From contig OX597817.1 in the NCBI GenBank assembly GCA_951406725.2, positions 146,010,001 to 146,074,000 on the forward strand: DNA of 64,000 bases, written 5' to 3'. Below are positions 40,371 to 53,255 of this stretch, piece by piece. Position 1 is the first letter of the stretch. Each line of letters starts with the position of its first letter. Made by a program: the position numbers and the translations under genes. The notes under the pieces are model-generated. The model was given only the letters and a program-made list of their open reading frames with translations, was not told the DNA's origin and ran no database searches. This stretch comes from Octopus vulgaris. Lineage: Eukaryota.

Positions 40371-43300
40371 ATGCAATTAACCCCAACTCCCTAAAATTAC
40401 TGGCCTTGTGCCAAAATTTGAAATTATCATTATTGCATTAATGCAATTTATTGTGATATTATTATCAGGTCTATAAAGGTGGCACAGATGGTAACACACT
40501 GGCAGTAACTAATTTCGTTAATGAAAAAGCACCATCCAAACATGGCCGATGCCAGTGCCGCCTTGACTGGCTTCTGTGCCGGTGGCATGTAAAAAGCACC
40601 AACCAATCATGGCCACTGCCAGCTTCCCCTGGTACCTGTGCCAGTGGCACGTAAAAAGCACCCACTATACTCACGGAGTGGTTGGTGTTAGGAAGGGCAT
40701 TGAGCTGTAGAAACACTGCCAGATCAGACTGGACCCTGGTGTAGCCTCCTGGCTTCCCAGACCCCAGTCGAACAGTCCAACCCGTGCTAGCACAGAAAAC
40801 GGATGTTAAGCGATGATGATGATAACTAGGTTCAATTCCTGCCAAATTTTTATCCCACCAACACTTTTTTCTGCAAAATAAGTTTATCCTGTTCAGGGTA
40901 TATTATTAGCATTATCCTGTGTTTGAGAATTTAAAAATCACTTCTTTAACTTTCTGAGACATCTCAACGCTTCTAAAGCAAACTTCGTTTGTTTGTTTAT
41001 GTTCATCGTAATCTGAATTTATTATATTCAGTTCAATAGACTACAGCTGTTCTGTGTGTATGTGTGTGTGAAGGTCCACATAATATGTTATAGAAATTTA
41101 TACAGGTGAAAGGGTCAACTACTGACTGAGGTACACCAAAACCCAAATAGTGTAAGGAGCAGAGACAACAGCAACAGGACTTTTTGCTTAGTATTCTTTT
41201 ACTTGTTTCAGACATTTGACTGCGGCCATGCTAGAGCACCACCTTTATAAGAATATTTTAAAAAATTTTTATACCACTGATTAATTTGCTAACACATGTT
41301 TACAGTCTGCTTTCATAGCATGGGCCAATGAAGCAATGTTTCTTGACTTGCTAGAAATAGCTTCTAAGTTCTCTCAAATTATTCCCTACTGCCTTAAAAG
41401 AACACTATAGATACTATTCTTGATATACAAAAAAGACAAGATAGTCATGGCTGGAATAATATCTTTGATTATTGATCTGTTCAATCAGTGCTGACCTGGG
41501 GCATAAAAACATCTTACCACCAAGAATTATTTGAAAATTAAAATGTTTAATCAGTTTTACAGTGGATAATAAAGGAACGACACAATGGACTCTTGTAGCC
41601 ACTCACGTGGAACAAAGAATTCTCTCTATAGGCACAGGCCTATATACACACATACACATACACACATACATACATACATATTACAAGTTCAGGTTTTATA
41701 TCTGTAATTATTGGGGCACTGAGCTATCTAACACTCTGCCTAAATACCAGTCTTGAGAAATTAGGCATCTGAAAACCAGAAAGTAGAAAGCTGATTCGAA
41801 GATTACAGATCCAATCCATCACTGGAACTGTAAAAGTCTGTAAAACTTTCCAGAAGTTTATCATTTAAGTATATATGAGCATGTCTAGATATGCAACTAT
41901 ATGCATGAGAATACATACATAAAACAAAACATACTAATCTGCACATATACTTACATACATACAAAAATGCCCTGTTGTTGATGTTGAAATTTCTAGATCC
42001 TTGGATGTAGGTTAGAAACTGGCTCTTTCTTTATTAGCAAGAAATCTTGAAATAAAACTGAACAGTGACACACACACACACTTTATTTATAGGTTAATAA
42101 GGTTACCATTGGTTTCATGCTGAGGTGGGGGATGAGTACCAATGTTCCATATGGCAGGCTTGATAATTGTTGAGAGATTTCTCTTAGGATGAAATTAATG
42201 GTAGCTTTGTTTAACCCACAGATAAAGAATATTTATCATACAAACTAACCATTTTGTCACTAATTAGAATAGTTTTCTCATTATTTGGTATTTTTGTGAA
42301 CATTCAATTTAAACTATTTTTATATATTTGAACAAGTCTGATCAAATTGTTCTTTAATGGTATAGATGATAAAACATAAACATAAGCATAGACATGCTAT
42401 ATGGTTAATTAGTTCTCTTCTGAACTATATGGCTTATAATTCACTAGCTGACCATGTGCCATCAATAATGACAGCTAATTGTGGTATTTTATATATAAAT
42501 AAGGTACATAATAATCACACATACAAACATTCACTTACTTCCCTTGTACACGTACACATATACTCACAGAGTTGAAACGCTGATTTCTCACCTTCCTTCC
42601 TTATTCACCTATCACACCTTCCTTTCTCTCACTCCCCCTCAGTCAGGGCTATTACTCTCACTACTTCTCCTTCACTGAATTAATATTTTCTCCCTTCCTC
42701 CACGTCCGGCATGATTCTGGGCAAAATATATATATAAAAACAATATGCTCATTATTGCATTAGGAGATTCTTCCTGTGTGTATACTGTCAGATGATGTCT
42801 TGTGTATCTGCAGCTTGATCTGTGCCTCATAAATGGAATTTGCTAGATGGAAGCAGGAAGAAGCCCATTATATAATTGTGTGTGTGCACTTGAGTGTATA
42901 TTCCTCTTGTTTAGCATCCTTTTTTTCTTTTTTTTTAAACCCTTTTTACTTGTTTTAGTCATTAGACTGTGTCCATGCTGGAGTACCAATGCATTTTTTA
43001 AGCTTGGTACTTATTCAGTTGGTCTGTTTTGCTGAACCACTAAGTTATAGGAATGTAAATGTACCAATACTGGCTGTCAATGCTGGGGAACAAACTCATA
43101 CCTGCACACACACACACATATACGATAGGCTTCTTTCAGTTTCTGTCTATCACATCCACTTACAAAGCTTTGGTTGGCTCAAGACTAAAGTAGAAGACAC
43201 TTGCCCAAGGTGCATGCAGTGGAACTGAACCCAGAACCACGTGGTTGGGAAGCAAACTTCTTACCATACAGCCACACATGCACCTATTCACACTTTTCCC

Positions 43301-44226
43301 AAACAAGTCACTTTTCAGTCAAATTCCATCATTTGTTAACAATCCTTTATAAAAGTGCATCCAAGATGGTTGTTGATTGATACTGCTGGGAATAATATCT
43401 GGAAATAAGTAAGGGTTGGCACCAGCAAGAGCTCCTGGCTGTAGAAAATCTGCTTCAACCAAAGTTTCATCGGAGCCATGTAAGCATGGAAAAGTGGCCA
43501 TTAAAAAGATAATTATGTAATACGTTTGTTAGTGAAGTAGCAAAGATTATTGTTATTGCTATAAAGAAATAATTGTGATGTCTCCACAGAAAGACAGCAG
43601 GCTCTTATCAAAGCTTTGATCAAAACTTTGAGATGCTATCTGAACGAGTTTGATGCCAGGCCTGCCTGACTGGCTCCCATGCCGGTGGCACATAAAGAGC
43701 ACCCACTTCACTCTCAGAGTCGTTAACGTTAGGAAGGGCATCCAGCTGTAGAAACATTGCCAGATCAGATTGGAGCCTGGTGCAGCCGCTGGCTCTCCAG
43801 ACCTCAGTCAAAACATCCAACCCATGGAAAATGGACATTAAACAATGATGATGATTGTGGTGTGTGTGCTGACAACTTTGGTTTCATGAAAACATAGAAT
43901 TACTGGAATTATTTGATTAATTGGGAATTCCATTGGTTTATTACATAGCTCTGTAATTAGTTTGACATTTTTGTTTGCTTTCTACAACTAGAAACCTTAT
44001 TCTGGTTCATTATTAAGGCCAATTTCCTGACATTTCAAATTGACCAGAAAAGAGTAATTAGCAGAGTCTTTGAATTGTTAACCAAAGGTAACTTACTTCA
44101 TGGTAGGTGTTATGTTTCGTGACCAAATAGTACTTGGCAGCTATTTAATCCAAAATCTACATCAAATCTTCAATATATTATGTGTGCAGTAACAACAATA
44201 TATTATGTTTGCAGTAACATGCATGA

Positions 44227-44547
44227 AGGCGCATGGCTCAGTAGTTAGAGCGTCGAGCTTACAACCGTGAGGTTGTGAGTTCGAATTCCAGACCGAGCTG
44301 CGTGTTGTGTTCTTGAGCAAAACACTTTATTTCACATTGCTCCAGTTCACTCAGTTGCGACGTCACTGATGCCAAGCTGTATCGGCCTTTGCCTTTCCCT
44401 TGGATGACATCGGTGGCATGGAGAGTGAAGGCTGGTATGCATGGGCGACTGCTGGTCTTTTATAAACAACTTTGCCCGGACTCGTGCCTCGGAGGGTAAC
44501 TTTCTAGGTGCGATCCCTTGGTCATTTGTGACTGAAGGGGGTCTCTC
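44227..44547 (+). mobile_element. tRNA-derived SINE, family D
   Basis: A-box TGGCTCAGTAGTTAG, B-box GAGTTCGAATTCC, then GTGTTCTTGAGCAAAACACTT. Older relatives at ~15500-15810 and ~17320-17600. Confidence 0.75.
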
Positions 44548-44892
44548 TGCAGTAACAACATTAGTGCTGCTATATTTCATAGTATCTAATTCCTGGTCTA
44601 AAACCAGCTTACCATTTTGTACATTTAAAATTACAGTGTTCTACTAACAATTTGCCATGGCTGCTAGAGGGCAACAGGGAATTCTTGAAAATCATCTCTA
44701 TAACCAAATTTCAATTCTTCTTTGGATTCATCATTGTCATTTAACACCTGTTCTCCATGCTTACATGGATTGAAATCAATGTTAATATCACTGCCTGTCT
44801 TGGCTTGAAAATACCTAGTTTAATGCCTATGTAATAACTGCAGAAGCAACTAAAGTTACTATTAAATACAGACACAATGGTTTTATAATAAA

Positions 44893-45962
44893 CTAGCATT
44901 AAAGACCCGTCGTTGCCGGGTCATAGTGCTAGTGCATGTATATATGTGTATATATATGTGTACATATTACATGTACATCTATATATATACATCTACACAT
45001 AAAATACAAAATACAAAGTTATATCTTGATATCGCTAGTGATAACAATACTCAAAATATATAACAGACTGGAATTGTTAGCCCGTCTCTTGTAATTTCGA
45101 TCAATTGTATCTTGTCCTCCCTCTTGTATAGAACTGTGGCTACAATCCAGCCTACCTCTACTTCTGGGAGGAGGGGGGGGCATTTAAAATTTTTTTCCGG
45201 GGTGTCCTACGTCCCAGATATAAAGGTAAAAATAAAATATTTCCACTTTGCAAGTTCAAGTCGAGTACTCCCTTGCACGCTCCGTTGACTCAAATCTTGC
45301 TTCTGTTGTGGCAAATTTTTTATTAACCATCTGGACTATTTCATTTCTGCACGCTAATTTTATTTTTAATTTATTCCCATTCATGTGAAACCACTTATCC
45401 AAGTTCAAGTCATTGATGCAATTTTATACCAATTGCTATTTTTACTTTTGTTATGTTACGATTATATTATACTTTAGTTTGATTTTAATTATTACTTACT
45501 ACATATAATTCAATTGTTATTATTTTTATTGTTAAAGTGAAAGTATCTGACATAAAATAGAGAAACGTTTTTGTTTCACTTTTAACACATAATACTGAAA
45601 TAGTGGAGAAGGTATGATATTGCTATGGGCTCACTCTAGGCAAGAAGTTGAACATTTTCTTTTGCCCATGAAACTACATGGACCCTAAGTAAGGCATGTG
45701 TAAAATTTGAATGGAATTGGTTGTGTAGTTCTCAAGTTTTAGGGAATTGTTGTGGAGAAGATATGATATTACTGTGGGCTCGCCCTAGGCAAAAAGTTAA
45801 AAAACATTTTTTTTGCCGATGACACTCCCCGGACCCTAAGTAAGGCATGTGTGAAATTTGAATGAAATTGGTTGTGTAGTTCTCAAGTTTTAGGGAAACA
45901 CACACACACACACACACACACAGACAGACAGACACACATTCTCAATTTTATATATATAAAGA
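44893..45962 (-). mobile_element. Non-autonomous Helitron
   Basis: Minus strand A|TCTTTATATATATAAA 5' end; 3' hairpin GACCCGGCAACGACGGGTC followed by CTAG|T; internal ~120-bp tandem duplication at ~45605-45900. Confidence 0.78.
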
Positions 45963-45974
45963 TATTTCTGAAAT

Positions 45975-46336
45975 CGAAATAGATCAAAAAGTCAATGGAA
46001 ATTGTAGCTGTGATACCTGTGCAGGTGGCACGTAAAAAGCACCATCTGAACATGGCCGTTGCCAGCTCTGCCTCGACTGGCTTTCGTGCCGGTGCCACGT
46101 AAAAAGCACCAGCCGATCATGGCTGCTGCCAGCCTCTCCTGGCACCTGTGCTAGTGGCACGTAAAAAGCACTCACTACACTCACGGAGTGGTTGGCGTTA
46201 GGAAGGGCATCCAGCTGTAGAAACACTGCCAGATCAGACTGGAGCCTGGTGCAGCCTCCTGGCTTCCCAGACCCCGGTCGAACTGTCCAACCCATGCTAG
46301 CATGGAAAGCAGACGTTAAACGACGATGATGATGAT
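45975..46336 (+). mobile_element. Family C retroelement (RTE-type 3' tail)
   Basis: Three internal units and a (GAT)n tail. Similar + copies at ~40525-40822 and ~43650-43855. Confidence 0.8.
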
Positions 46337-47052
46337 TTCTAGAATCAGTTGTGGATGTTTGTGGTGGCATCAGCAGCAATGACTGATGATGATGATGATG
46401 AATGACATGAGCTGACATAAAAGGGAGACAGGATCACTTAGTGACTTCTTGACATCTCCTGCAAGTCATCTCGTATATACTTGACACATTGTCGAGTAGT
46501 CATCCACTTGTAATGTCAAGTGTTGTTAACCATACGGTAATATACTGAATGGTTTATGCCAAAAAATTTTAATGAATTAAAATTTCTCTCTTTGTGACTC
46601 ACATAGAAAAGGGGAGATAATTAAAAGAAATTAATTTTAGAAATTTAAATCTCATCACACGTTATGAGGGGATGGTTATCTCCCTTGTAATTAACGACCT
46701 TTGCCTGAATTATCTACGTGTATTTAGATCTCGTGACAGCAACAGAGAGGTTTCAGTCTTATTAGGCCTCATTAACATACTTTTCACAGAGACTTGAGGT
46801 TGGCAGTATAAATTGTACAATATTGAATAAAATTGAGCTAAGGAGAATAAATTAAACAAGCCAATAGCATTGAATATGAATATATAGATGCAGAAGTGAC
46901 TGTTGTGTGGTAAGAAGCTTGCTCCCCAACCACATGGTTCCAGGTTCAGTCCCACTGCATAGCACCTTGGGCGACTGTCTTCTACTATAGCCTCGGGCTG
47001 TCCAATCCTTGTGAGTGGTTTTGGTAGATGGAAACTGAAAGAATCTGTCGTC

Positions 47053-47084
<32 letters not shown>

Positions 47085-47162
47085 CGTGTATATATGTAGT
47101 TCCCGGGTTGATACGGGGTTAACCACAGTAAGTAAGGTACTCAATACATAGCAGAGTAAAAT

Positions 47163-47288
47163 TAATTTATTATATAGAAGGAGCTTCTACAGGACTAGTA
47201 CTGTTTCATTCAAGAGAAATCTTCAGGGAGCTTCCTGAAGATTTCTCTTGAATGAAACAGTACTAGTCCTGTAGAAGCTCCTTCTATA

Positions 47289-47299
<11 letters not shown>
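47163..47299. repeat. Fold-back palindrome (~64-bp arms) containing the hammerhead and its antisense copy
   Basis: taatttattatatagaaggagcttctac...cttcagg is the reverse complement of cctgaag...gtagaagctccttctatataataaatta; followed by (TA)n. Confidence 0.9.
47227..47281 (+). ncRNA. Type I hammerhead ribozyme motif with intact catalytic core
   Basis: GGAGCTTC-CTGAAGA-T TTC TCTT GAA T-GAAA-CAG TACTAGTC CTG-TA-GAAGCTCC: 8-bp perfect stem I, CUGANGA and GAAA cores, stems II and III, UH site predicting cleavage 3' of A47273. Confidence 0.75.
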
Positions 47300-47319
<20 letters not shown>

Positions 47320-47320
47320 T

Positions 47321-47463
47321 TTTATATTAAGGGCATTACTATACATAAAAGTCAAAACTACCATTATAAGCACGTACCAAACGCGATGGAATGCAATTCT
47401 CGAAGCAAGCTGAAGTCCCTCCTAGCCTGAGGCATTTATGTATAGTAATGCCCTTAATATAAA
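47321..47463. repeat. Fold-back element with 29-bp perfect inverted repeats
   Basis: tttatattaagggcattactatacataaa / tttatgtatagtaatgcccttaatataaa around an 85-nt spacer, embedded in (TA)n. Confidence 0.85.
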
Positions 47464-47561
47464 TAAATATATATAAAGGGAATAATTAATAAATTTTTCT
47501 CTTATGAGATTTTTCACACTAACTACTTGATAAATTCTCATAAAGATTTTATCCTATTTTT

Positions 47562-47601
<40 letters not shown>

Positions 47602-48332
47602 GTCTGTGTTTGTTCCCCACCATCGCTTGACAACTGATGTTGGTTTATTTATGTCCCTGTAACTTAATGGTTCGACAGAAAAGATCAATAGAATAAGTGC
47701 TAGGCTTACAAAGAATAAGTCCTGGGATCAATTTGTTCGACTAAAGGCAGTGCTCCAGCATGGCTACAGTCAAATGACTGAAACAAGTAAAAAAATAAAA
47801 GAATATTATGTGATAAGAAGATTGCTTCCCAACCAAATGGTACCAGGTTCAGTCCCACTGTGTGTCACCTTGGGCAAGTGTCTTCTACCGTAACCCCAGG
47901 CCTACTAAAACCTTGTGGATGGATTTGGTAGGCAGAAACTGGAAGGAGCTCATTGTATATGTATATCCGTTCATTCCTAATTCCCTCCCTCCCAGTGTTA
48001 TTGTCTCCTTGCCTTGACTTTCCATGATAGTGTCACTGTCTTTTTGTTTCAAATCCTTTGTTGTGCCTAGTCTACCTTTCTTGGAAACAGGTGAGGGTAG
48101 GTAATAGGAAGGGCATTTAAAGATCCTATATATCTTTATAATTAAATATTATTAGGAATTGCCCAAAAAAATTTTAATATTTTGTGTAGTGTAGAAGTAT
48201 AGCCAATTATTTGCACATAAATTTTAACAAAATTTTTTAAGGACCTACAAGGGCCATATGAACCCCAGTTGTGAACCGTTGATCTAAACACTGAATTGAA
48301 ATTATCTGATAAAGTGTACTATGTCAAGGCAT

Positions 48333-48374
<42 letters not shown>

Positions 48375-48482
48375 CATCTTCATCATCATCATCTTTTAAC
48401 GTCCGCTTTCTATGCTACCATGGGTTGGACGATTTGACTGAGGACTGGGGAACCAGATGGCTGCACCAGGTTCCAATCTTGG

Positions 48483-48518
<36 letters not shown>

Positions 48519-50256
48519 TTAATTAGAGTATGTGTTAACCTTATGAAGGGATGGTTGCTTCTTATTAATTGAAACAACTTTAAGAAGCAAAGATGATCAA
48601 TTTGTTAAAAATAAATAATTGTTAACTTCCTTATCTCCATTTTCTTCTCTTCTTTTAGCTATGTATATATATATATATAAAAAGTAAGATTCCTTCTGAA
48701 CAGGCTCTTTTCACTGTTATCCTCATGATTAACTACTGTCTACTCACACTGGTTATATAGTATCTCTTAATACATCATAATCCATTGTCATCTCATCTGT
48801 AAAGTCTAATGTTCTCAGATCTGTCCTGAATACTCCTTGCCAAGTCTTCTATGATAGAGTACGTCCATCAACTACATTCCAAACCTTGTGTTGTCTTGGT
48901 AAGATAATGTTCTTTATTAAGAATTTTAATAACATCATGCACTTAACTGTATCTTAACACCCACCTACACCTACACACAGTCAATGGTAGTGCATCAACA
49001 TGACCGGAGCCAACTGGTTGCAATCAAATTAAATTACACATACACACACATTGTTTATGTGTGGAATGCCATTTGTATGTTAGTTAATGAAAGCTGTTCT
49101 TACTATTTTGTTACAACCATTCAAGTTTTTTCGTTATCTAAATATTTCATTCTGATAGCTATTCAATTAAACATCTCTGTGTGTGGCTAGATAAAAAGCT
49201 GGGTCAGATATTCACATGGCACCTAATGAGCATTTAATCAAAGATTAACTAAGTACTAAGGTTTACTAATTCTTTTGTTTTGTTTTTACTAGTGTTTGAC
49301 CTTTTCATTGTTTCAGTATGTGTTTTTCCGCAAATAGTGTTACATCTGTTGTCCCAGTAAGTAAGATGGGCTTTAATACTTTAAGAATTTGCAGATTATT
49401 TAAATGAATTGCTTTATAACTTCTATTCCACTCATCAATGTACTTGTACTTGTAGTGACATTCACCCTGGGTGGGTTGAGTCGGCTTCTTCTACCACCCT
49501 CGAGGCATCTCGAAGAAGTTGGAAGAAGTTTCGTGGGAATAGGTGGATTTCACAAGTGGTCCCCAACAATCCCGCATGTAGGGACATCCTGTTTGCCGCA
49601 GATTGTCTGCAGACGCAGGGACAGAACGACAGAGGAGCCGCCGGTTACCTTATTGTTATTATTGGTCTATAGGCGTAGGAATGGCTGTGTGGTAAGTAGC
49701 TTGCTTACCAACCACATGGTTCCGGGTTCAGACCCACTGCGTGGCACCTTGGGCAAGTGTCTTCTACTATAGCCTCGGGCCGACCAAAGCCTTGTGAGTG
49801 GATTTGGTATATATATATATATATACATATATACAATGGGCTTCTTTCAGTTTCTGTCTACTAAATCCACTCACAGGGCTTTGGTCCCACATTCTAACAG
49901 TTCCACAAAGTTCTTATCTGAAGTTATTGTTCCCCTTGATGGTATAAACTGTGTTTGAAAGCCCCAGTTTGATAGCTTTCTCAGAAATCATTTCTTCTGT
50001 GAATTTCTTTTTTTCCAGTTAATCAGTTTCTCCCTTGTCACCCTCACCATTGAAAATGCAGTGAGCATGCAGTTGGCCTGTTCAAAACCTGTAATCAATA
50101 AATACTGTTATTCACAAAATGTTATACATATATATTCTAGTACTTTATTTTGTGTGTGTGTGTGTGTAGTGAGAATTTACAAAAAAATAAAAGACGAAAA
50201 CGGGTGTGTAAACAACAAACAAATGTATTAGTTTAACACTCGGGAAGTGAGAAAGT

Positions 50257-50292
50257 CTTTTACGTTTCGAGCCTACGCTCTTCGACAGAAAG
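50257..50292 (-). ncRNA. Minimal hammerhead-like motif with non-canonical core
   Basis: Minus strand: CTTT-CTGTCGA-A-GAGC GTAG GCTC-GAAA-CG-TA-AAAG; stems I and II are perfect, stem III is the palindrome ACGT, the core has A6U plus one extra base. Confidence 0.4.
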
Positions 50293-50316
50293 GAACACAG
50301 AAAGAAACAAGGATAG

Positions 50317-50358
<42 letters not shown>

Positions 50359-53255
50359 AGTGGCTGTGTGGTAAGAAGCTTGCTCCCCAACCACATGGTT
50401 CTGGGTTCAGTCCCACTGCGTGGCGCCTTGGGCGACTGTCTTCTACTATAGCCTCAGGCCGACCAAAGCCTTGTGAGTGGATTTGGTAGATGGAAACTGA
50501 AAGAAGCTCGTGTATGTGTGTGTATATATATGTATATATAACTAATGTTGGTGTGTTTGCATCCCTGTAAATGAGCAGTTCCACAAAAGAGACCATTAGA
50601 ATAAATACTAGGCTTACAAAGAATAAGTCCTGGGATCGACTTGTTCAACTAAAGGCAGTGCTCCAGCATGGCCGCTGTCAAATGACTGAAACAATTAAAA
50701 GAATAAAACAATATATATATATATCAAAGAGAACGATATGCATGACCAGTTAATCACTTAGAAAACAAGTACAACTCGGCTAGTTATTGTGTAAAAGTGT
50801 TTGTTTGTGCATAATATATACTAAAAGCCTAACACCATGAATTTGTCAATGCTAAACACTTTCTCTTTCATCTATACAAATTGCCAATAGCAGCCACAAA
50901 CGCAGTACAAGGAAAGAACTCTAAATTGTAATAATAATTTATTCAAAAGACATTATACAAATGTTTTTCCCCCGATATCTTGTTACAATTGAAATCAGCA
51001 GCTGGGTTTGTGCCAAAGTAAATTCTCAATATTAGAAATGTTTTATGGTATTTCAGCTCTACCTCATTAACAGATAGCAACAGCAAGCAGGTGTGTAAAG
51101 CACAGACCTCTCTCTTTACAAACAAAAATTGAATGCAATTCCTAATCTTCGGAATTAGGTGTCTTAACAAAAAGTTCACATTAATATTTTTAAAATGCAT
51201 TTAGTTCCTGTCAGTTCCCGGTTGCCAACCAAAATAGTTTTTTGTTCAAAATGTCAAATCAGCTTTTTACCACTTTTGTTCTCAAGTTTCTGTTGAATGG
51301 CTCTGCTTTTGTTTGAATTAATTTTGAAAATAACAAAGAATTTAGTAAAATAAATCATTAACCCTTTTGCATTTAAGCCAGCCATATGTGACCCAAATAT
51401 TCTACCTGTTTTATGTTCAAACTGGCCAGATCTGGCCTCTCATACCTATCCTACAATGTATGATAAAAAATAATCACATCAAGGTTTTGGAGCCATGAGG
51501 TAATGCATTGATTAATCCAAAACAATGTGACTTATAGATGTAGGAGTGGTTGTGTGGTAAGTAGCTTGCTTACCACATGGTTCTGTGTTCAGTCCCACTG
51601 CATGGCACCTTGGGCAAGTGTCTTCTACTATAGCCTCGGGCCGACCAAAGCCTTGTGAGTGGATTTGGTAGACGGAAAGTGAAAGAAGCCCATCGTATAT
51701 ATGTATATGTTTGTGTGTTTGTCTCCCCAATATCGCTTGACAACCGATGGTAGTGTGTTTACGTCCCCATAACTTAGCGGTTCAGCAAAAGAGACCAATA
51801 GAATAAGTACTAGGCTTCCAAAGAATAAGTCCTGGGGTTGATTTGCTCGACTAAAGGTGGTGCTCCAGCATGGCCGCAGTCAAATGACTGAAACAAGTAA
51901 AAGAGTAAAGAGTTACTCATCTGATGAATTCAAAAACATTTCCATCTGATTCATCCAAAGAGTCATCACTGTTATTCTTTTCTTCTACATTTTGTAAATC
52001 TTTCAGGTTCCTTCTACCAAATCTACTCACAGTACTTTGATCAGCCTAGGGCTAAAGAAAAAGATACTTGCCCAAGGTGCCACACAGTGAGACAGTGACA
52101 CAGTGCCATGTGGTTGGGTAGAGAAATACTCAACTACACACACACACATGCCACCACCAACAACAACAACAGACTTCTTCAGTTACAGTCTGCTAAATTC
52201 CTTCATAGGACACTGGTTGGTCCTGAACTATAACAGAAATGCTTGCTCAAGGCAGCAGCTGGCAGAAATGTTAGCACACCAAGCAAAATGCTTAGCAGTA
52301 TTTCATCTGCCGCTACATTCTGAGTTCAAATTTCGCCGAGGTCGACTTTGCCTTTCACCCTTTCGGGGTTGATTAAATAAGTACCAGTTACGCACTGGGG
52401 TCAATATAATCAACTAAATCCGATTGTCTATCCTTGTTTGTCCCCTCTGTGTGTAGCTCCTTGTGGGTAGTAAAGAAATAGGAAATGTTTCCTCAAGGTG
52501 CCCCACAGTGGTACTGAAAGCAATGCCACATGGTTGAGAAACAACCTTCATAACCACATGGCCATGCCAGCACTTATGAGTGCATTATATGATATTTCAG
52601 AATTAGATCTAACTCCATAAAGATTTATGTTTTGGTAGTTTTACTTTTATCTTAAATAAAAAAATGTCTTTGTATGCAAACTTTAAAAATTAAATGTACA
52701 CATGTACAATCATATTTAACATGTTTTTGCACATGAAGGAAAAGCTTTCACTGTGGAAATAATCTTGAGAGACAATTCTCCTCTTAGATAATATGTTTGA
52801 AAACAAACCATTGGACTATGAATGACATCACTCGATTCAGTAGATGAAAACTGAAAAAAGCCCATTTTGTGTGTGTTCCCCACCATCACTTGATAACTGC
52901 TGTTGGTGTGTTTGCATCCCCATAACTTAGTCGTTCAGCAAAAGAAACTGATGAATAAGAACCATGCTTAAAAAAATAAGTTCTGGGGGTCAATCCATTC
53001 TACTAATAACTCTTCCAGGCAGTGCCCCAGCCTGGCCACAGTCTGATGACTGAAATAAAAGATAAAAGATGCATGCATTTCATTCAGTGCTGCTTCATGG
53101 GCCTCTAGTTAATAGAAAACTGAAATATTCATCATCATCAAAGTCCGTTTTCCATGCTGGCATGGGTCGGATGATTTGACAGGGGCTGGCAAACTGGAGA
53201 ACTGCACCAAGCTCCAATTTTCAGATTTAATATTTTTAACTTCCTATCTTTAAAA

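Larger units (their letters stand above)
46889..47800 (+). mobile_element. Family B SINE split by fold-back insertions in its internal (TA)n
   Basis: 5' half ~46889-47095 and 3' half ~47598-47800, with two fold-back elements between them. Confidence 0.8.

Noticed and set aside
44227-44305. tRNA gene
   Set aside because: A and B boxes are present but there is no acceptor stem, and it runs into a SINE body. The same applies to the other SINE heads.
46018-46175. CRISPR-like repeat/spacer pattern (palindromic 25-nt repeat, ~40-nt spacers)
   Set aside because: Eukaryotic context with no cas genes; spacers are homologous to one another and recur in dispersed copies, so this is the internal repeat of family C.
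46120-46175. HDV-like ribozyme resemblance (GCCAGCCTC.CCTGGC)
   Set aside because: Only a P3/L3-like fragment matches; no consistent P1, P1.1 or P2 pairing could be built.
46741-46776. Possible decayed hammerhead on the minus strand (TTAATGA-GGCCT AATA AGACT-GAAA)
   Set aside because: Two core mismatches and no convincing stem I or III.
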